A stretch of DNA of 64,000 nt from Candidatus Sungiibacteriota bacterium (GCA_016432465.1 CP066690.1:57233-121232), one strand, 5' to 3'; shown: positions 10,178 to 20,623, numbered from the stretch's first letter. Program-made: numbers and translations. The notes: generated by a model not told the origin, from the sequence alone.

Positions 10178-13100
10178 TTTAATAGTGTTGAGATTCGTTT
10201 AAGCATCCCTACAAAAGATTGCTGAATAGCTGCGAGGGTCCGCCTTATTGGACTTGAAGCGCTAATCTGTAGCCACGACACTTGCGCCACCGCCGCCCCT
10301 CCATTTTCATAATACTCCACTTTAATCCTGTGGGTTCCAGCAATGAGTGTTCTATCAAATATATAAGTGGTGGGGGCTTGGTCAAACCATTTATCAAGTA
10401 TAAGCGCTCCATCTATCCAAAGCCGCAGGCCGTCATCAGTGCGAGCGGTAAAACGATGGGTTCCGGCGGTAAAATCCCAATCCCCTTCCCAGCGGACGCT
10501 GAAGTTATCCGAAGGAATAGAAGAATCTGGAGAACCATTACCCCAATCAAAGCTAATGAGCTTATCAGTCCTGACAATCTTACGGTTGGTGAAGTTACGG
10601 CTGGCGTAGTACTCGCTTCTGAAGGCATTCCTCGGAATCGTCCCATTCTGACACGAGGCAATAAAATTATTTATTGGCGAATGCGCTCCGGCTGCCGGAT
10701 AGAAAACACGCACCCGATAGGACGCTCCATTCTGTAAGAGAAGCGGTCCCGAGACGCCGCTTAACCCGTTGAAGCCGTCGGGAGCAATCGTGCTTAAAGT
10801 TCCCGCAGGCAGGGATTTATTCCAAAAACCATTATTCCAATTATCATCATTATCAATATCAACTATGTAGCCTTGAGACCCGCGACCTGCTTCCGGCCAG
10901 GCAATCGTTGCTTTGGAAACGCCCCCTTCACAGAATGTATCTGCTGAAGGATTGGAAAGTACAGAGGGTGTCCCGGGAAGAGTGGCGTTAATTATTGGCT
11001 CAAGCGTGGGACAGGTCCAAATCCGTACTTCTGCTTGTCTTAGGCCCGAGCTATTCCAAACTGACCTCTGCCATCCTCCTGCGGGCCCTTGAGGACCTGC
11101 AGTAAAATGATCATGCCCGTACATTATAAAACCCCAATCATAACTTGCTCCGGGAGGCTTATCTCCGGGACCAACATCTATTCCCCACGGCTCATTGAGA
11201 TTGGGATTCGGAGGCGAAGAAAGCACCAGTATCCACCGAATCCCGACCTCTCCCCCGAGGTCAAGCTTTCGCAAGGCGCTTATTTTCATACCAAAAGGTC
11301 CGGGTGTACCGCCCGTAACCTGCTGCCAGCTTTTAAATTGGCACGGCGCGGGCGCGTAATTTGCCGGTTTTTGCCAAAGCCACCAGTTATCAGTGGAACG
11401 ATTGTCCGCTCCCAAAGAATACGTTTTCCCCAAATCTCCCGGAAGCGCAACGCTATTTGCGGCCAACGGCAAAATGTCGGGAAATTTGGTATTTTCCGGC
11501 CAAAATACTCCACCCCAGCCTGGATTTCCCGGACCATCAAACCAGTTAGACGGGTTTTTGCGCTGTCCCGTCTCGGCAATCCCCCAAAATGTGCCGTTAG
11601 TCCCCCAAACATCAAGAACCGGCCAATCAAGAGCGCCGCCTTGGTCAGTCGCATCCAATATCATAGAAAGCCATCTGCCGGTGGCAAATTCTAAACGGTT
11701 TTGCGGTCCAAAATCTCCGTCGTCAACTTGTTTAAAAAGACCGGGTTTTTTGAAACGATTCCCCTGATACTTCTTTCCAAATCCAGCTATTGCTTCCCAC
11801 AGATTAATCTGTACCGGAGGAAGACCTTCGGGGAGCGGTAGCAGATCAAACGCTTCTTTAATGTTTGCTTCCGTTACTTTTACAGCTGATATATTTTCCC
11901 ACCTAGCCGTGGAGGCCGTTGCCGGCAGCCAGTCCAGACTTGCCACTGCCGCCCCTCCATTTTCATAATACTCCACTTTAATCCTGTGAGTTCCCGCGGT
12001 TAGTGTTCTATTAAAGGTGTAGGTGGTTGGGGCTTGGTCAAACCATTTATCAAGTATAAGCGCTCCATCAATCCAAAGCCGTATGCCATCATCCGTACGA
12101 ACCGCAAAGGTGTAGATTTCAGCGGCAAAATCCCAATCCCCTTCCCAGCGGACGCTGAAAGTGTCCGGCGCAATAGCCGGGTCCGGTGAACCAGTTCCCC
12201 AATCAAAACGAATCCCTGCGTCTATTCTGGTAAGTATCTGCCCGGTAAAATCGCGATTATTGAAATACGTGCCAAAAAAAGTATTTTTTGAAATTCCGGC
12301 AGGATGTATCACTACTTTATCCTGTCTGATATAGGCAATGTCATACCACCAGACACGAAACTCCAAAGCGTGATTTAGAATAGAAGTAAAATCAAGCCCA
12401 AAAGGCTGGTAGGTAAGGGTTGAAGTAAATTCACGACGCCGTATATCCCGTTCTACCAATATTTTACCGTCGGTGGAATCAAAAATATCAAGTCTCACTA
12501 CTGGAAAATCGTCAGCGGTATTATTATCAATCATCAAATAGAAATCAGCTGTCGTGGCCCCTGCCGGAAGACTACGGACGTAAGGACCATAAGAGAGATG
12601 ATTTTTACTATCTTGGGCAGTATTTACAGACCAGCCATCTGCCTCCGACCGTCCAATACGATGGAGCATGTCTTTTTCTGCTTCAAAGACCCACCCAGCC
12701 GGCAAGAATTCTGACGTATAAATGGGGGTTGGTGCAGTTGTGATTGTGGGTGTAGGTGTAGGTGTGGGTGTTGGAGTTGGTGTAGGAGTTGGGGCCGGCG
12801 CAACAGTTGTAGTTGGCGATGCTTCATTCAAGACCTGCCAAGAAACATTGGCCAGCGCTGCCCCGCCATTCTCAAAATATTCAACTTTAACCCTGTGATT
12901 TCCCGCAGCTATAACCCTATCTATGGTATAAGTAGTTGGTCCCTGGTCAAACCATTTATCAAGAATTACCTCGCCATCCAGATACATCCGCATACCGTCA
13001 TCGGTTTTTACGGTAAATCTATAAGTTCCCGTTGCGGCAAATGACCAATCACCTTCCCAGCGGACGCTAAAAGTGTCTGGGGCAATTGACGGATCCGGGG

Positions 13101-13320
13101 AGCCCAAACCCCAATTAAAATTTATATTAGAGTCAGTGCGAACAAATTTAAGATCGGTTAAGTCTTTATTGTCGTAGTAAGAGGCGGTAAAGGAGTTAGC
13201 CGCGACTGCGGAAAGAGACTGTATTGTTTCCGGACTTGTGGTTTGAGCAAAAGCCAAAAGCGGAACTGCCATCAAAGTTCCTAAAAATATGATTGAAAAA
13301 AGGGGGGGCGTAAATTTCAC
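10174..13320 (-). CDS. large secreted protein with three PA14 domains and a PT linker
   Basis: three copies of FDWG.GSPD...FSVRWEG...TDDG.R...EYYENGG; signal peptide; (PT)n linker. Confidence 0.88.
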   Translation of the reverse strand: MKFTPPLFSIIFLGTLMAVPLLAFAQTTSPETIQSLSAVAANSFTASYYDNKDLTDLKFVRTDSNINFNWGLGSPDPSIAPDTFSVRWEGDWSFAATGTYRFTVKTDDGMRMYLDGEVILDKWFDQGPTTYTIDRVIAAGNHRVKVEYFENGGAALANVSWQVLNEASPTTTVAPAPTPTPTPTPTPTPTPTITTAPTPIYTSEFLPAGWVFEAEKDMLHRIGRSEADGWSVNTAQDSKNHLSYGPYVRSLPAGATTADFYLMIDNNTADDFPVVRLDIFDSTDGKILVERDIRRREFTSTLTYQPFGLDFTSILNHALEFRVWWYDIAYIRQDKVVIHPAGISKNTFFGTYFNNRDFTGQILTRIDAGIRFDWGTGSPDPAIAPDTFSVRWEGDWDFAAEIYTFAVRTDDGIRLWIDGALILDKWFDQAPTTYTFNRTLTAGTHRIKVEYYENGGAAVASLDWLPATASTARWENISAVKVTEANIKEAFDLLPLPEGLPPVQINLWEAIAGFGKKYQGNRFKKPGLFKQVDDGDFGPQNRLEFATGRWLSMILDATDQGGALDWPVLDVWGTNGTFWGIAETGQRKNPSNWFDGPGNPGWGGVFWPENTKFPDILPLAANSVALPGDLGKTYSLGADNRSTDNWWLWQKPANYAPAPCQFKSWQQVTGGTPGPFGMKISALRKLDLGGEVGIRWILVLSSPPNPNLNEPWGIDVGPGDKPPGASYDWGFIMYGHDHFTAGPQGPAGGWQRSVWNSSGLRQAEVRIWTCPTLEPIINATLPGTPSVLSNPSADTFCEGGVSKATIAWPEAGRGSQGYIVDIDNDDNWNNGFWNKSLPAGTLSTIAPDGFNGLSGVSGPLLLQNGASYRVRVFYPAAGAHSPINNFIASCQNGTIPRNAFRSEYYASRNFTNRKIVRTDKLISFDWGNGSPDSSIPSDNFSVRWEGDWDFTAGTHRFTARTDDGLRLWIDGALILDKWFDQAPTTYIFDRTLIAGTHRIKVEYYENGGAAVAQVSWLQISASSPIRRTLAAIQQSFVGMLKRISTLLK

Positions 13321-14318
13321 TTTCTTGCAATTACTTTTTTCACCGCTTCTTTGATATTACTTACCCCCATCCCAAAATGTTCAACTAACTCTCTGGGTTC
13401 ACCTGATTCACCAAACCGATTTTGCACCCCTATAAATTCCATGGGTACGGGATAGTGCCTTGCTAAAATTTCAGCAACCGCAGAACCCATGCCTCCCGCG
13501 ACTTGATGCTCTTCAACAGTGACCACATATCCCGCATCTTTGGCTGCTTTAACTATGGTTTCCTCATCCATAGGTTTTATGGACGGGCTATTGACTACCC
13601 TTATTGAAAACCCTTCTTGCTCAAGTTCCGAAGCGGCCAAAATCGCATTATGCGTCAGCGGACCGCAGGCAATAATTGAAACATCCGGCTTTTTCCCCGA
13701 TTCCTGCCAAAAAACCTGCGCTTTTCCAATTTCAAACGGCGTCTCCTCTGTAGTAAATACCGGGGTTTTTTCGCGGGCGTAACGGCTGTAACACGGGCCT
13801 TCAACTTTGGACATAGCATAAGTCACTTTCTTTGCTTCCCACATATCACAGGGCGCAAAAACCTGCATATTTGCAATTGGCCGCATAAGGGCAATATCTT
13901 CAATGGCTTGGTGCGTTGCGCCATCCGGTCCCACGGAAACTCCGGCATGCGCTCCTCCGATTTTTACGTTCGCCTCGTTATAGGCAATGGTGGTGCGAAT
14001 CTGTTCCCAGTTTCTGCCCGGACTAAACATGGCATAACTTGCAATAAAAGGAATTTTACCCATAAGCGACATTCCGGCGGCAACCGACGCCATATTCTGC
14101 TCCGCCACTCCCATTTCCACAAATCGCTCCGGAAATTTTTTGGCAAATGCTTCAGTACGGGTTGATTCGGTAAGGTCTGCGCAGAGTGCCACCACATTCG
14201 GGTTTTCGTCCCCGGCCTGCAGTAATCCCAAACCCCAACCATCTCGTGTGGGTTTTTGCTCAAGAGACTTCAGGTCAAGAATATTCTCAACCAATTTCAT
14301 TTTAGAATTAATCGGCAT
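13317..14318 (-). CDS. tkt: transketolase C-terminal subunit
   Basis: GVAEQNM, DGATHQAIED, VTVEEH motifs. Confidence 0.95.
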   Translation of the reverse strand: MPINSKMKLVENILDLKSLEQKPTRDGWGLGLLQAGDENPNVVALCADLTESTRTEAFAKKFPERFVEMGVAEQNMASVAAGMSLMGKIPFIASYAMFSPGRNWEQIRTTIAYNEANVKIGGAHAGVSVGPDGATHQAIEDIALMRPIANMQVFAPCDMWEAKKVTYAMSKVEGPCYSRYAREKTPVFTTEETPFEIGKAQVFWQESGKKPDVSIIACGPLTHNAILAASELEQEGFSIRVVNSPSIKPMDEETIVKAAKDAGYVVTVEEHQVAGGMGSAVAEILARHYPVPMEFIGVQNRFGESGEPRELVEHFGMGVSNIKEAVKKVIARK

Positions 14319-14324
14319 ACCTTT

Positions 14325-14879
14325 TCACTTTTTACGCAATGCATTCAGAATATTTAGGGTTGAATGAATTTTTGCCCATTTTCTTAAATATTTCCAGTTG
14401 AGTCTCTTTTGAAATTTAATAACTACTTCAACATCTCGTAACTGAAGTTCCGAACCGCTTTCTTTATGCCAACGCAGTTTATTTAAAATAAGATCCTCCG
14501 GGGATATAAAATAAATCTTTCTCCCGGCAATTATCCTTGACACCCGTCGCTGAAGCTCCTCTCTTGAAAATTCGTCCTTCTTGCTAACCCAAAAGTCCAC
14601 CTTAATCCCGGACTCCACATGAATAAAATTAAATTCACCCTTGCGCTCAAATGCTCTTATAACCATACGCTCATCCACATAGCTCATTTCCGAAATCCCT
14701 CTTAGCGCAGCCGTAAGTTTCCCAATCTGCGGTTCAAAAAGTTCAATAATCACATCAATGTCAAGCGTAGAGCGTGGTTTCCCCCACACTGATACGGCAT
14801 AACCTCCGGTCACAGCGTAAGGAATTCGGAGGCGCTCAAGAATTTCTGCGACTTTTCCGAGTAGCTCTCGAAAATCCAT
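14325..14879 (-). CDS. nucleotidyltransferase-fold protein (putative TA component)
   Basis: GGYA...RSTLDID, PEDLILNKL motifs. Confidence 0.8.
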   Translation of the reverse strand: MDFRELLGKVAEILERLRIPYAVTGGYAVSVWGKPRSTLDIDVIIELFEPQIGKLTAALRGISEMSYVDERMVIRAFERKGEFNFIHVESGIKVDFWVSKKDEFSREELQRRVSRIIAGRKIYFISPEDLILNKLRWHKESGSELQLRDVEVVIKFQKRLNWKYLRKWAKIHSTLNILNALRKK

Positions 14880-15015
14880 GAGGGTTCCCTAATTTATTAA
14901 GTTCCCGGAGAAACATTGAAAAATCGGAGGCGTATTTCAATCTTTTATCCGCCGACATTTTTCTAAAAATATCGTCTTGGGTGTCCTGGGCTGATTTTCT
15001 ATATAATTTTTCCAT
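14836..15015 (-). CDS. 59-aa partner of the nucleotidyltransferase (putative antitoxin)
   Basis: translated by hand: MEKLYRKSAQDTQDDIFRKMSADKRLKYASDFS...; overlaps the NTase start; below ORF-track cutoff. Confidence 0.65.
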   Translation of the reverse strand: MEKLYRKSAQDTQDDIFRKMSADKRLKYASDFSMFLRELNKLGNPHGFSRATRKSRRNS

Positions 15016-15018
15016 TTT

Positions 15019-15171
15019 TTATTTCTTTACCCCCAAATAAGAAAAGGTGGTACTCAATTTGTTTATTTCAGTTATGGCTTTATTTGCTTCGCTTAACAGA
15101 AAAAGTGTCGTACTAATAGCAAAAATTACAAGCACAAAAAAATGTAGCGCCGAGCGTTTCGATGAACTCAT
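15019..15171 (-). CDS. 50-aa single-TM protein
   Basis: translated by hand: MSSSKRSALHFFVLVIFAISTTLFLL...; stop abuts next ATG. Confidence 0.5.
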   Translation of the reverse strand: MSSSKRSALHFFVLVIFAISTTLFLLSEANKAITEINKLSTTFSYLGVKK

Positions 15172-15181
15172 GACTGTAATA

Positions 15182-15344
15182 GAGGTTATCTAAAAACCCC
15201 TTATTCTACTGCAATTGCAGAATTTTGGCTACGGCTTCGTCCGTCCTCCTCGGCGTATATTAGCCATATACGCCTTCGTCGTCCGTCCTAGCCTCACTCA
15301 AAATTCTGCAATTTCGCTACGAAACGGAGTTCTTAGATGACCTC
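15182..15344. repeat. 163-nt structured palindromic element, copy 1
   Basis: nested inverted repeats; homologous to 43449-43610. Confidence 0.8.
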
Positions 15345-15352
15345 AAACAGAC

Positions 15353-15565
15353 TTAAAACGCGGTTCCGCCTCCTTTATGATAAATCGCCCCGAGCTTCAG
15401 CCAAATCGCAATCAAAACCAGCACAATCGCGTCGTTAAACCAGTGGTCCGAGGTATACCCAAATGCAAAACCGCGCGCCTCGGCAATCCAGGCAAGAACC
15501 AAAGACAGCACCCCCAAAAGACCAACCACAATACTGATTTTTGTTAGATTGTTAGCTTTATTCAT
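15353..15565 (-). CDS. small 2-TM protein
   Basis: 70-aa hydrophobic ORF. Confidence 0.7.
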   Translation of the reverse strand: MNKANNLTKISIVVGLLGVLSLVLAWIAEARGFAFGYTSDHWFNDAIVLVLIAIWLKLGAIYHKGGGTAF

Positions 15566-15580
15566 AATTAATATTTACTA

Positions 15581-15844
15581 CTACTGTTGTCCTCCGCCAG
15601 AACCGCCGCATGTACCGCAGCCGTACTGCCCGTGATGCTTTTTAAGACCGAGGGCAAGTACTCCGCCTACGAGCGCGTTCCAATACCATGTAGTAACCGT
15701 AACTCCCAAAAACTCTCCGCTGCGTAGATAAGCAATCAGGCCGCCTATCAAGGCAAAAAACGCCAGACCCCACAAAATCTTGCCAAGCATGGGCTTGGAG
15801 CAACACTTCATATGCCATTTATCATGCATTATCCCTTGCATCAT
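15581..15844 (-). CDS. small 2-TM protein with C-terminal CxxC
   Basis: 87-aa ORF; YWNA resembles the WFNDA of the neighbouring small protein. Confidence 0.7.
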   Translation of the reverse strand: MMQGIMHDKWHMKCCSKPMLGKILWGLAFFALIGGLIAYLRSGEFLGVTVTTWYWNALVGGVLALGLKKHHGQYGCGTCGGSGGGQQ

Positions 15845-15882
15845 AGATTTAAAAATTATTAACTATACGACCTTTAAGAAAT

Positions 15883-16770
15883 TTACTCATGTTCGCTATG
15901 GATTTTCCCACCGAGCGTTCGTAATCTTGAAAGAAATTCTTTGGTTTGTTCCGCGGCGGGAAAAACATCCGTGGGTCCCTTACCAGGAGGCACGCCATGC
16001 CATCGGTAATCAAATTCAATCTCCGGTACCCCCTTTCCCGGAACGGTATGCGCGATAACAACCACCGGTTTTTCAAAAATTCCCTGCGCGGTCTCATACG
16101 CATTAACAATCTCTTCAAAATTATGACCGTTTATTTCAAGAACGTGCCAATTAAAAGACTCGTATTTGGCGCGCAACGGCTCAAGCGGCATAATATTTTC
16201 GGTCATTCCGTCAATCTGAATATTGTTGCGATCAATAAGCGCGGTTAAATTATCAAGTTTCAGTTTGCCAGCAAGCATGGCCGCCTCCCAAGTTTGCCCT
16301 GCTTCTTGTTCGCCATCTGACATCAAACAATATATATTAAATTTCTTTTGGTCCATTTTGGCGGCAATGGCCATACCTACTGCCTGCGAAAGTCCTGAAC
16401 CCAAGGGCCCGGAAGTTGTTTCCACGCCCGGAAGAGCAGTACGATGCGGGTGGCCCTGAAGACGCGTGCCGAGTTTTCGCAATGTTTTTAATTCTTCCAC
16501 CGTAAAATATCCCGCACGAGCCATGGCGGCGTAACGTACGGGGCAGATGTGCCCGTTGGATAAAATTAGCCGATCACGTTCCGACCAATCCGGATTTTTA
16601 GGGTCATGACGCAAAATATGAAAATAAAGCGCTGTGAAGATATCGGTCATGCCCAGCGGCCCGGCAGTATGTCCAGATCCTGCTTCGGTCAACTCCATCA
16701 CAATATCCTGACGGATGGTATTGGCCATCTCTTCCAGAAATTTGATTTTATCATCGTGTAAATGAGACAT
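15883..16770 (-). CDS. tkt: transketolase N-terminal subunit
   Basis: AGSGH, DRLILSNGH, LQGHP, SDGE...EG-type ThDP motif. Confidence 0.95.
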   Translation of the reverse strand: MSHLHDDKIKFLEEMANTIRQDIVMELTEAGSGHTAGPLGMTDIFTALYFHILRHDPKNPDWSERDRLILSNGHICPVRYAAMARAGYFTVEELKTLRKLGTRLQGHPHRTALPGVETTSGPLGSGLSQAVGMAIAAKMDQKKFNIYCLMSDGEQEAGQTWEAAMLAGKLKLDNLTALIDRNNIQIDGMTENIMPLEPLRAKYESFNWHVLEINGHNFEEIVNAYETAQGIFEKPVVVIAHTVPGKGVPEIEFDYRWHGVPPGKGPTDVFPAAEQTKEFLSRLRTLGGKIHSEHE

Positions 16771-17398
16771 TTTTTAGTTGATTAACCGCAGTTTGAATAT
16801 CGAAACTATTAAAAATATAAGCTCCGGCCACAAGCAAATTAGCCCCTGATTCAACGGCTTTTTTGGCTGTTTCGGGGTTTATCCCCCCATCTACCTCTAT
16901 TATACACCCGGGGCAGGATTTGCGAATGTGGATAATTTTATCGTAAATTTCTTCCTGTATTTGCTGGCCAGAAGGGCCGGGGTGAACGGCCAAAGTCTGA
17001 TAGATATCAACTTTTTTAAACCATGGCTCAAGCTTTCCCCAAAATGTTTCCGGGTTTATAGCTAAACCTACTTCTACATCGGCCTCACGGCATTTTTTAA
17101 CAATCAAGTCTATGTCGGATACGGCTTCCAAATGGACAATGACGCGTTTTATTGGTTTAACCAGCCATTGGTCAATAACTTTCTCCGGTTCGCTGACCAT
17201 CAAATGAACCTCTACATTCAACTTTGTATCCAAAAGTGGCAAATCCGCAGGATTGTGCCACGTTAAATGTTTAGAAAAAATGCCATCCGTAACATCAAGG
17301 TGGCACCATTTAACATAGGGCTCTACTTTTTTAACCCGTTCCTGCACCTCCTCAAAAGTGCGGACGTTGATGGAGGGGATAATTTCAATTCGGTTCAA
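16751..17398 (-). CDS. rpe: ribulose-phosphate 3-epimerase
   Basis: HLDVTDG, VHLMV, EVDGGIN motifs; start probably TTG at 17398, upstream extension is a repeat. Confidence 0.9.
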   Translation of the reverse strand: MNRIEIIPSINVRTFEEVQERVKKVEPYVKWCHLDVTDGIFSKHLTWHNPADLPLLDTKLNVEVHLMVSEPEKVIDQWLVKPIKRVIVHLEAVSDIDLIVKKCREADVEVGLAINPETFWGKLEPWFKKVDIYQTLAVHPGPSGQQIQEEIYDKIIHIRKSCPGCIIEVDGGINPETAKKAVESGANLLVAGAYIFNSFDIQTAVNQLKNVSFTR

Positions 17399-17493
17399 AG
17401 TTATAAGTTTAAAGTTAAGGTTACAAGTTTTTAGTCTAAGTTTTAACCTTAACAATAAACTAAAAACTAAAACTTTGAACATTAAACATTAAA
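17395..17493. repeat. AT-rich periodic hairpin (AAGTT/AAACT family)
   Basis: 6-7-nt periodic units forming an imperfect palindrome; same family as 23S insertions. Confidence 0.75.
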
Positions 17494-17949
17494 CTATCGA
17501 AAATTATGCTCCTCAATCTCCTCAATTTTCTTGAGCCGCCTAATGTGCCTTTCCTCACCACTAAAACTCTTTCCCAACCACACAGTCACAATATCTTTTG
17601 CCTCTTCCGACTCCAGCCAATCCGAGGCAAGAATCAAAACATTAGCATCCTCGTGTTCACGTGATTGCGCCGCAACCTGCCGGTTAAAGCATAAAGCCGC
17701 CCGAATGGAGCGGTATTTATCGGCAACCATATTCATTCCGTGCCCGGAGCCGCAAATAAAAATCCCCTTATGCAATGACGGGTTCTCTGCTATCTTTTCA
17801 GATGCCTCACGAGCAAAATCCACATAATCGTCATCTTTGTCGTAAGAAAATGCGCCCACGTCCTCAACCTCGTGTCCCTGCTCAACTAAATATTTTTTAA
17901 GCTCTTCTTTTAGCTTAAACCCCCTGTGGTCCGCGGCAAAGTAGATCAT
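17494..17949 (-). CDS. rpiB: ribose-5-phosphate isomerase B
   Basis: ADHRGF, DY, ICGSGHG, SREHEDAN, ERHIRRL motifs. Confidence 0.95.
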   Translation of the reverse strand: MIYFAADHRGFKLKEELKKYLVEQGHEVEDVGAFSYDKDDDYVDFAREASEKIAENPSLHKGIFICGSGHGMNMVADKYRSIRAALCFNRQVAAQSREHEDANVLILASDWLESEEAKDIVTVWLGKSFSGEERHIRRLKKIEEIEEHNFR

Positions 17950-18019
17950 AACTATAGTATACTGCCTACTATTGGAAATTAAAATACGGGTTTTTCGAGA
18001 AAACCCGCGACTTGACTTG

Positions 18020-18346
18020 CTATGCTGAGACGAGTTGATTTCTCAACCAATCGGGTATGCCAAACCAATACTCCTTTCCACCTACGCTGCTTAGGCCCTT
18101 CTCTTCTACCAGAAGTCCGGCCCGTCTCAACATTGAAGTAATTGATACAACAGTATCGCAGTCTATGCCAAGTTTTTCAGCTAGTTTCTGGTTAAGATCG
18201 GGCGCCGGATGACCAGACCCAGAAGGATGGAAGTACACCTGATAGTACTCTCGAAAATACTCAAGTATTTTGCGCATAGACTCATCTACAGTAATACCTC
18301 GGGATTCAAAAAAACTGACGAGCTTTTTCATCTCAACGGTAGCCAT
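18020..18346 (-). CDS. hypothetical protein (possible winged-helix)
   Basis: 108-aa ORF with RBS GGAGG; LAEKLGI...LRRAGLL pattern. Confidence 0.55.
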   Translation of the reverse strand: MATVEMKKLVSFFESRGITVDESMRKILEYFREYYQVYFHPSGSGHPAPDLNQKLAEKLGIDCDTVVSITSMLRRAGLLVEEKGLSSVGGKEYWFGIPDWLRNQLVSA

Positions 18347-18724
18347 CTAATCCTCCACACAGTGTGTGCCAATAATAATGGTAGCATACTATATAAAAGC
18401 TGACAAGGTTTTCAAGCATGCTCCCCGCGAGCCGGAGGAAATATGCTTTTAGCGAGTCGGATGTGACCCTAAATAGCTGGTCGAGACGTTTTGTCTTCGA
18501 GGGCCTGATGAGCCGAGGCCGTTTATGCTCCCCGCGAGCCGGAGGAAAGTGTTCTAGCGAGCTAATTGTGGTCGAGGTTATTTCAATTTCAGACAATGGG
18601 AGGAGAAGTTTGCTTGGTTCGCTCCGAAGGAGCGAAAACTTCGACGACCCTTAGCGAGTCCCGCGCTGGACGGGACGAGTCGTGTCTGAAATTGAAATAG
18701 CCGAGGGAACCACAAGGGCGAGCA

Positions 18725-19831
18725 TCACTCAATTTCTCTCCGCGAGTTTATTTTTATATTCTGTAAAATCCCCACCCCTGCCAAAAGTGTCACCAGACTT
18801 GACCCGCCGTAAGAAACAAAGGGCAGTGTAATCCCGGTAATCGGCAATGCTCCCATATTCATTCCTATATGTATAAAACTTTGCGTAAAAATCAACGCGG
18901 CAAAACCAAGAGTGTAAAGACGGGAAAAATTATCCGAAGCATTCATACCAATACGAACAACCCGCCAGATGACGATTAAAAATAAAAGAAGCATAAATAT
19001 GGTTCCGACAAAACCCCACTCTTCTGCAAAGGCGGCAAAAATAAAATCCGTCTCGGCTTCGGGCAAAAAGTGAAGATGCGTTTGCGAGCCGTAACCAAGC
19101 CCCTTACCCCGCAACTGTCCCGAACCCACGGCAATCATAGACTGCAGAACCTGATACCCTGCACCCCTGGAATCCGCGTAGGGATCAAAAAAAGAAGTTA
19201 TGCGCGTTTTCTGATAAGGTTTTAGCGCACCAAGCCACGCCCCCCCAATTATTAATGCCGCAATAAGCAGCAGGGCAAAGAAGTGGCGTAACTTCATGCC
19301 CGAAAAAACCACAATAGCAACCCAAATAGAAATTAAGACAACCGCCGAGCCGAGATCCGGCTGAAGAAGCACAAGAGAAGTGGGTATTATAAGATAAAGC
19401 CCGGAGACAAGAAGGTGCTCTACGCGGTAAATTTCAATGTGGCGCTTGGAAAAAAATTTGGCAAAAAGTATAACCAGCGCAAGTTTTACAAGTTCAACCG
19501 GCTGGAAAAGCACATTGCCGAATTTCAGCCAAGCGTCCACCCCGCGTATTTTAAAGCTGGCAGTAAGAACGGCCACCAGCAAAACAACCGTCAGCACATA
19601 AAAAATAAAAACCGCAAAACTTTGAGTACGAAAAAGGCGAAAATCAATCGAGCTTGCTGCAAGAAGGAGGACAATCCCGACGCCGGCCCAAAGAAGCTGC
19701 CGCTCAAAATAAGGAAGGGGGCTCACGCCAGATAAACTAAAGAGCGATAAAATTCCAAGCCCCGTCAACAAAAAAACTGCCCCCTGCAGGAGCCAGTCAA
19801 AACGACTAACGTGCGCAAGTATACTCCGCAT
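18725..19831 (-). CDS. rodA: rod shape-determining protein RodA (SEDS family)
   Basis: FQPVELVK, LQPDLG, YQKTR, LPEAETDFIF, GITLPFVSYGGSS. Confidence 0.95.
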   Translation of the reverse strand: MRSILAHVSRFDWLLQGAVFLLTGLGILSLFSLSGVSPLPYFERQLLWAGVGIVLLLAASSIDFRLFRTQSFAVFIFYVLTVVLLVAVLTASFKIRGVDAWLKFGNVLFQPVELVKLALVILFAKFFSKRHIEIYRVEHLLVSGLYLIIPTSLVLLQPDLGSAVVLISIWVAIVVFSGMKLRHFFALLLIAALIIGGAWLGALKPYQKTRITSFFDPYADSRGAGYQVLQSMIAVGSGQLRGKGLGYGSQTHLHFLPEAETDFIFAAFAEEWGFVGTIFMLLLFLIVIWRVVRIGMNASDNFSRLYTLGFAALIFTQSFIHIGMNMGALPITGITLPFVSYGGSSLVTLLAGVGILQNIKINSRREIE

Positions 19832-19837
19832 GATATT

Positions 19838-20623
19838 TTAAGGCCTTTGAATCGCCGAAGGATCAAAAACGTTAACCCTTGGCTCAATAATTATGGTGTC
19901 GGCTACACCCCTAAGCTCTTCGGGCCAAATAGATTTTACTACCTTTCGTGAATTAGAAAAAAGATCTTCAAGCAGCACTTTGTTGACACCAAGCAGATTT
20001 CCTTCTTTATCTAAAACCGTGAAATTTACTTCAACCTTGCGATAGTCAGGAACGGAGCGGTTGAAGATGCTAACCTCAATAACACTTTGCTTAAGGCCGT
20101 TTTCTTCCATAACCTTATAGTCTCTGCGTTCCACGATCAAGTTGGGTTTATCAACTTGGTTTACCTGCCACTCCGCGTTTAAAATTCTTAGTTCAACACG
20201 GTTCGGCGCGCGGGTCGTAACAAGATTTGTTTCAATAAGATGCAGACGTTCTTGAGGAAGAATAAAAGTTTTACCTGTTTTTCTGGAGATGAGTCCTAAA
20301 CCGTCAAAAAGCGAAAACTCGTACTCCACGTTTGCTGAAGACAATTCCTCATTTAAATTTTGAGCCTCGGCTGCTACGTCGTAAGTACCCGGACGCGCTA
20401 TTACTGCACGGGTCCAGAAAATAGATAGCGGTTTTGGGTTTCTTAACTCGCAGGGCGCGCAGGACCCTCCGCAATCAATATCAAATTCATTTTTATTTTT
20501 TTTATTATCAAAACAGGTTGCCTCTGGCAGAAATTTTGGCACAATCAAAAATCCGAGGCCAACAATAATCACGGCAATAATCAGGAGTACGGTAAGTTGC
20601 TTACGAGCACGCCAAGAAAGCAT
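19838..20623 (-). CDS. membrane-anchored hypothetical protein with Cys-rich motif
   Basis: N-terminal TM, TCFD..KN..E..IDCGGSC..C motif. Confidence 0.8.
   Translation of the reverse strand: MLSWRARKQLTVLLIIAVIIVGLGFLIVPKFLPEATCFDNKKNKNEFDIDCGGSCAPCELRNPKPLSIFWTRAVIARPGTYDVAAEAQNLNEELSSANVEYEFSLFDGLGLISRKTGKTFILPQERLHLIETNLVTTRAPNRVELRILNAEWQVNQVDKPNLIVERRDYKVMEENGLKQSVIEVSIFNRSVPDYRKVEVNFTVLDKEGNLLGVNKVLLEDLFSNSRKVVKSIWPEELRGVADTIIIEPRVNVFDPSAIQRP

Noticed and set aside
17399-17482. N-terminal extension of Rpe in the ORF track
   Set aside because: Encoded by the periodic hairpin repeat; Rpe-like sequence starts at IEIIPSI
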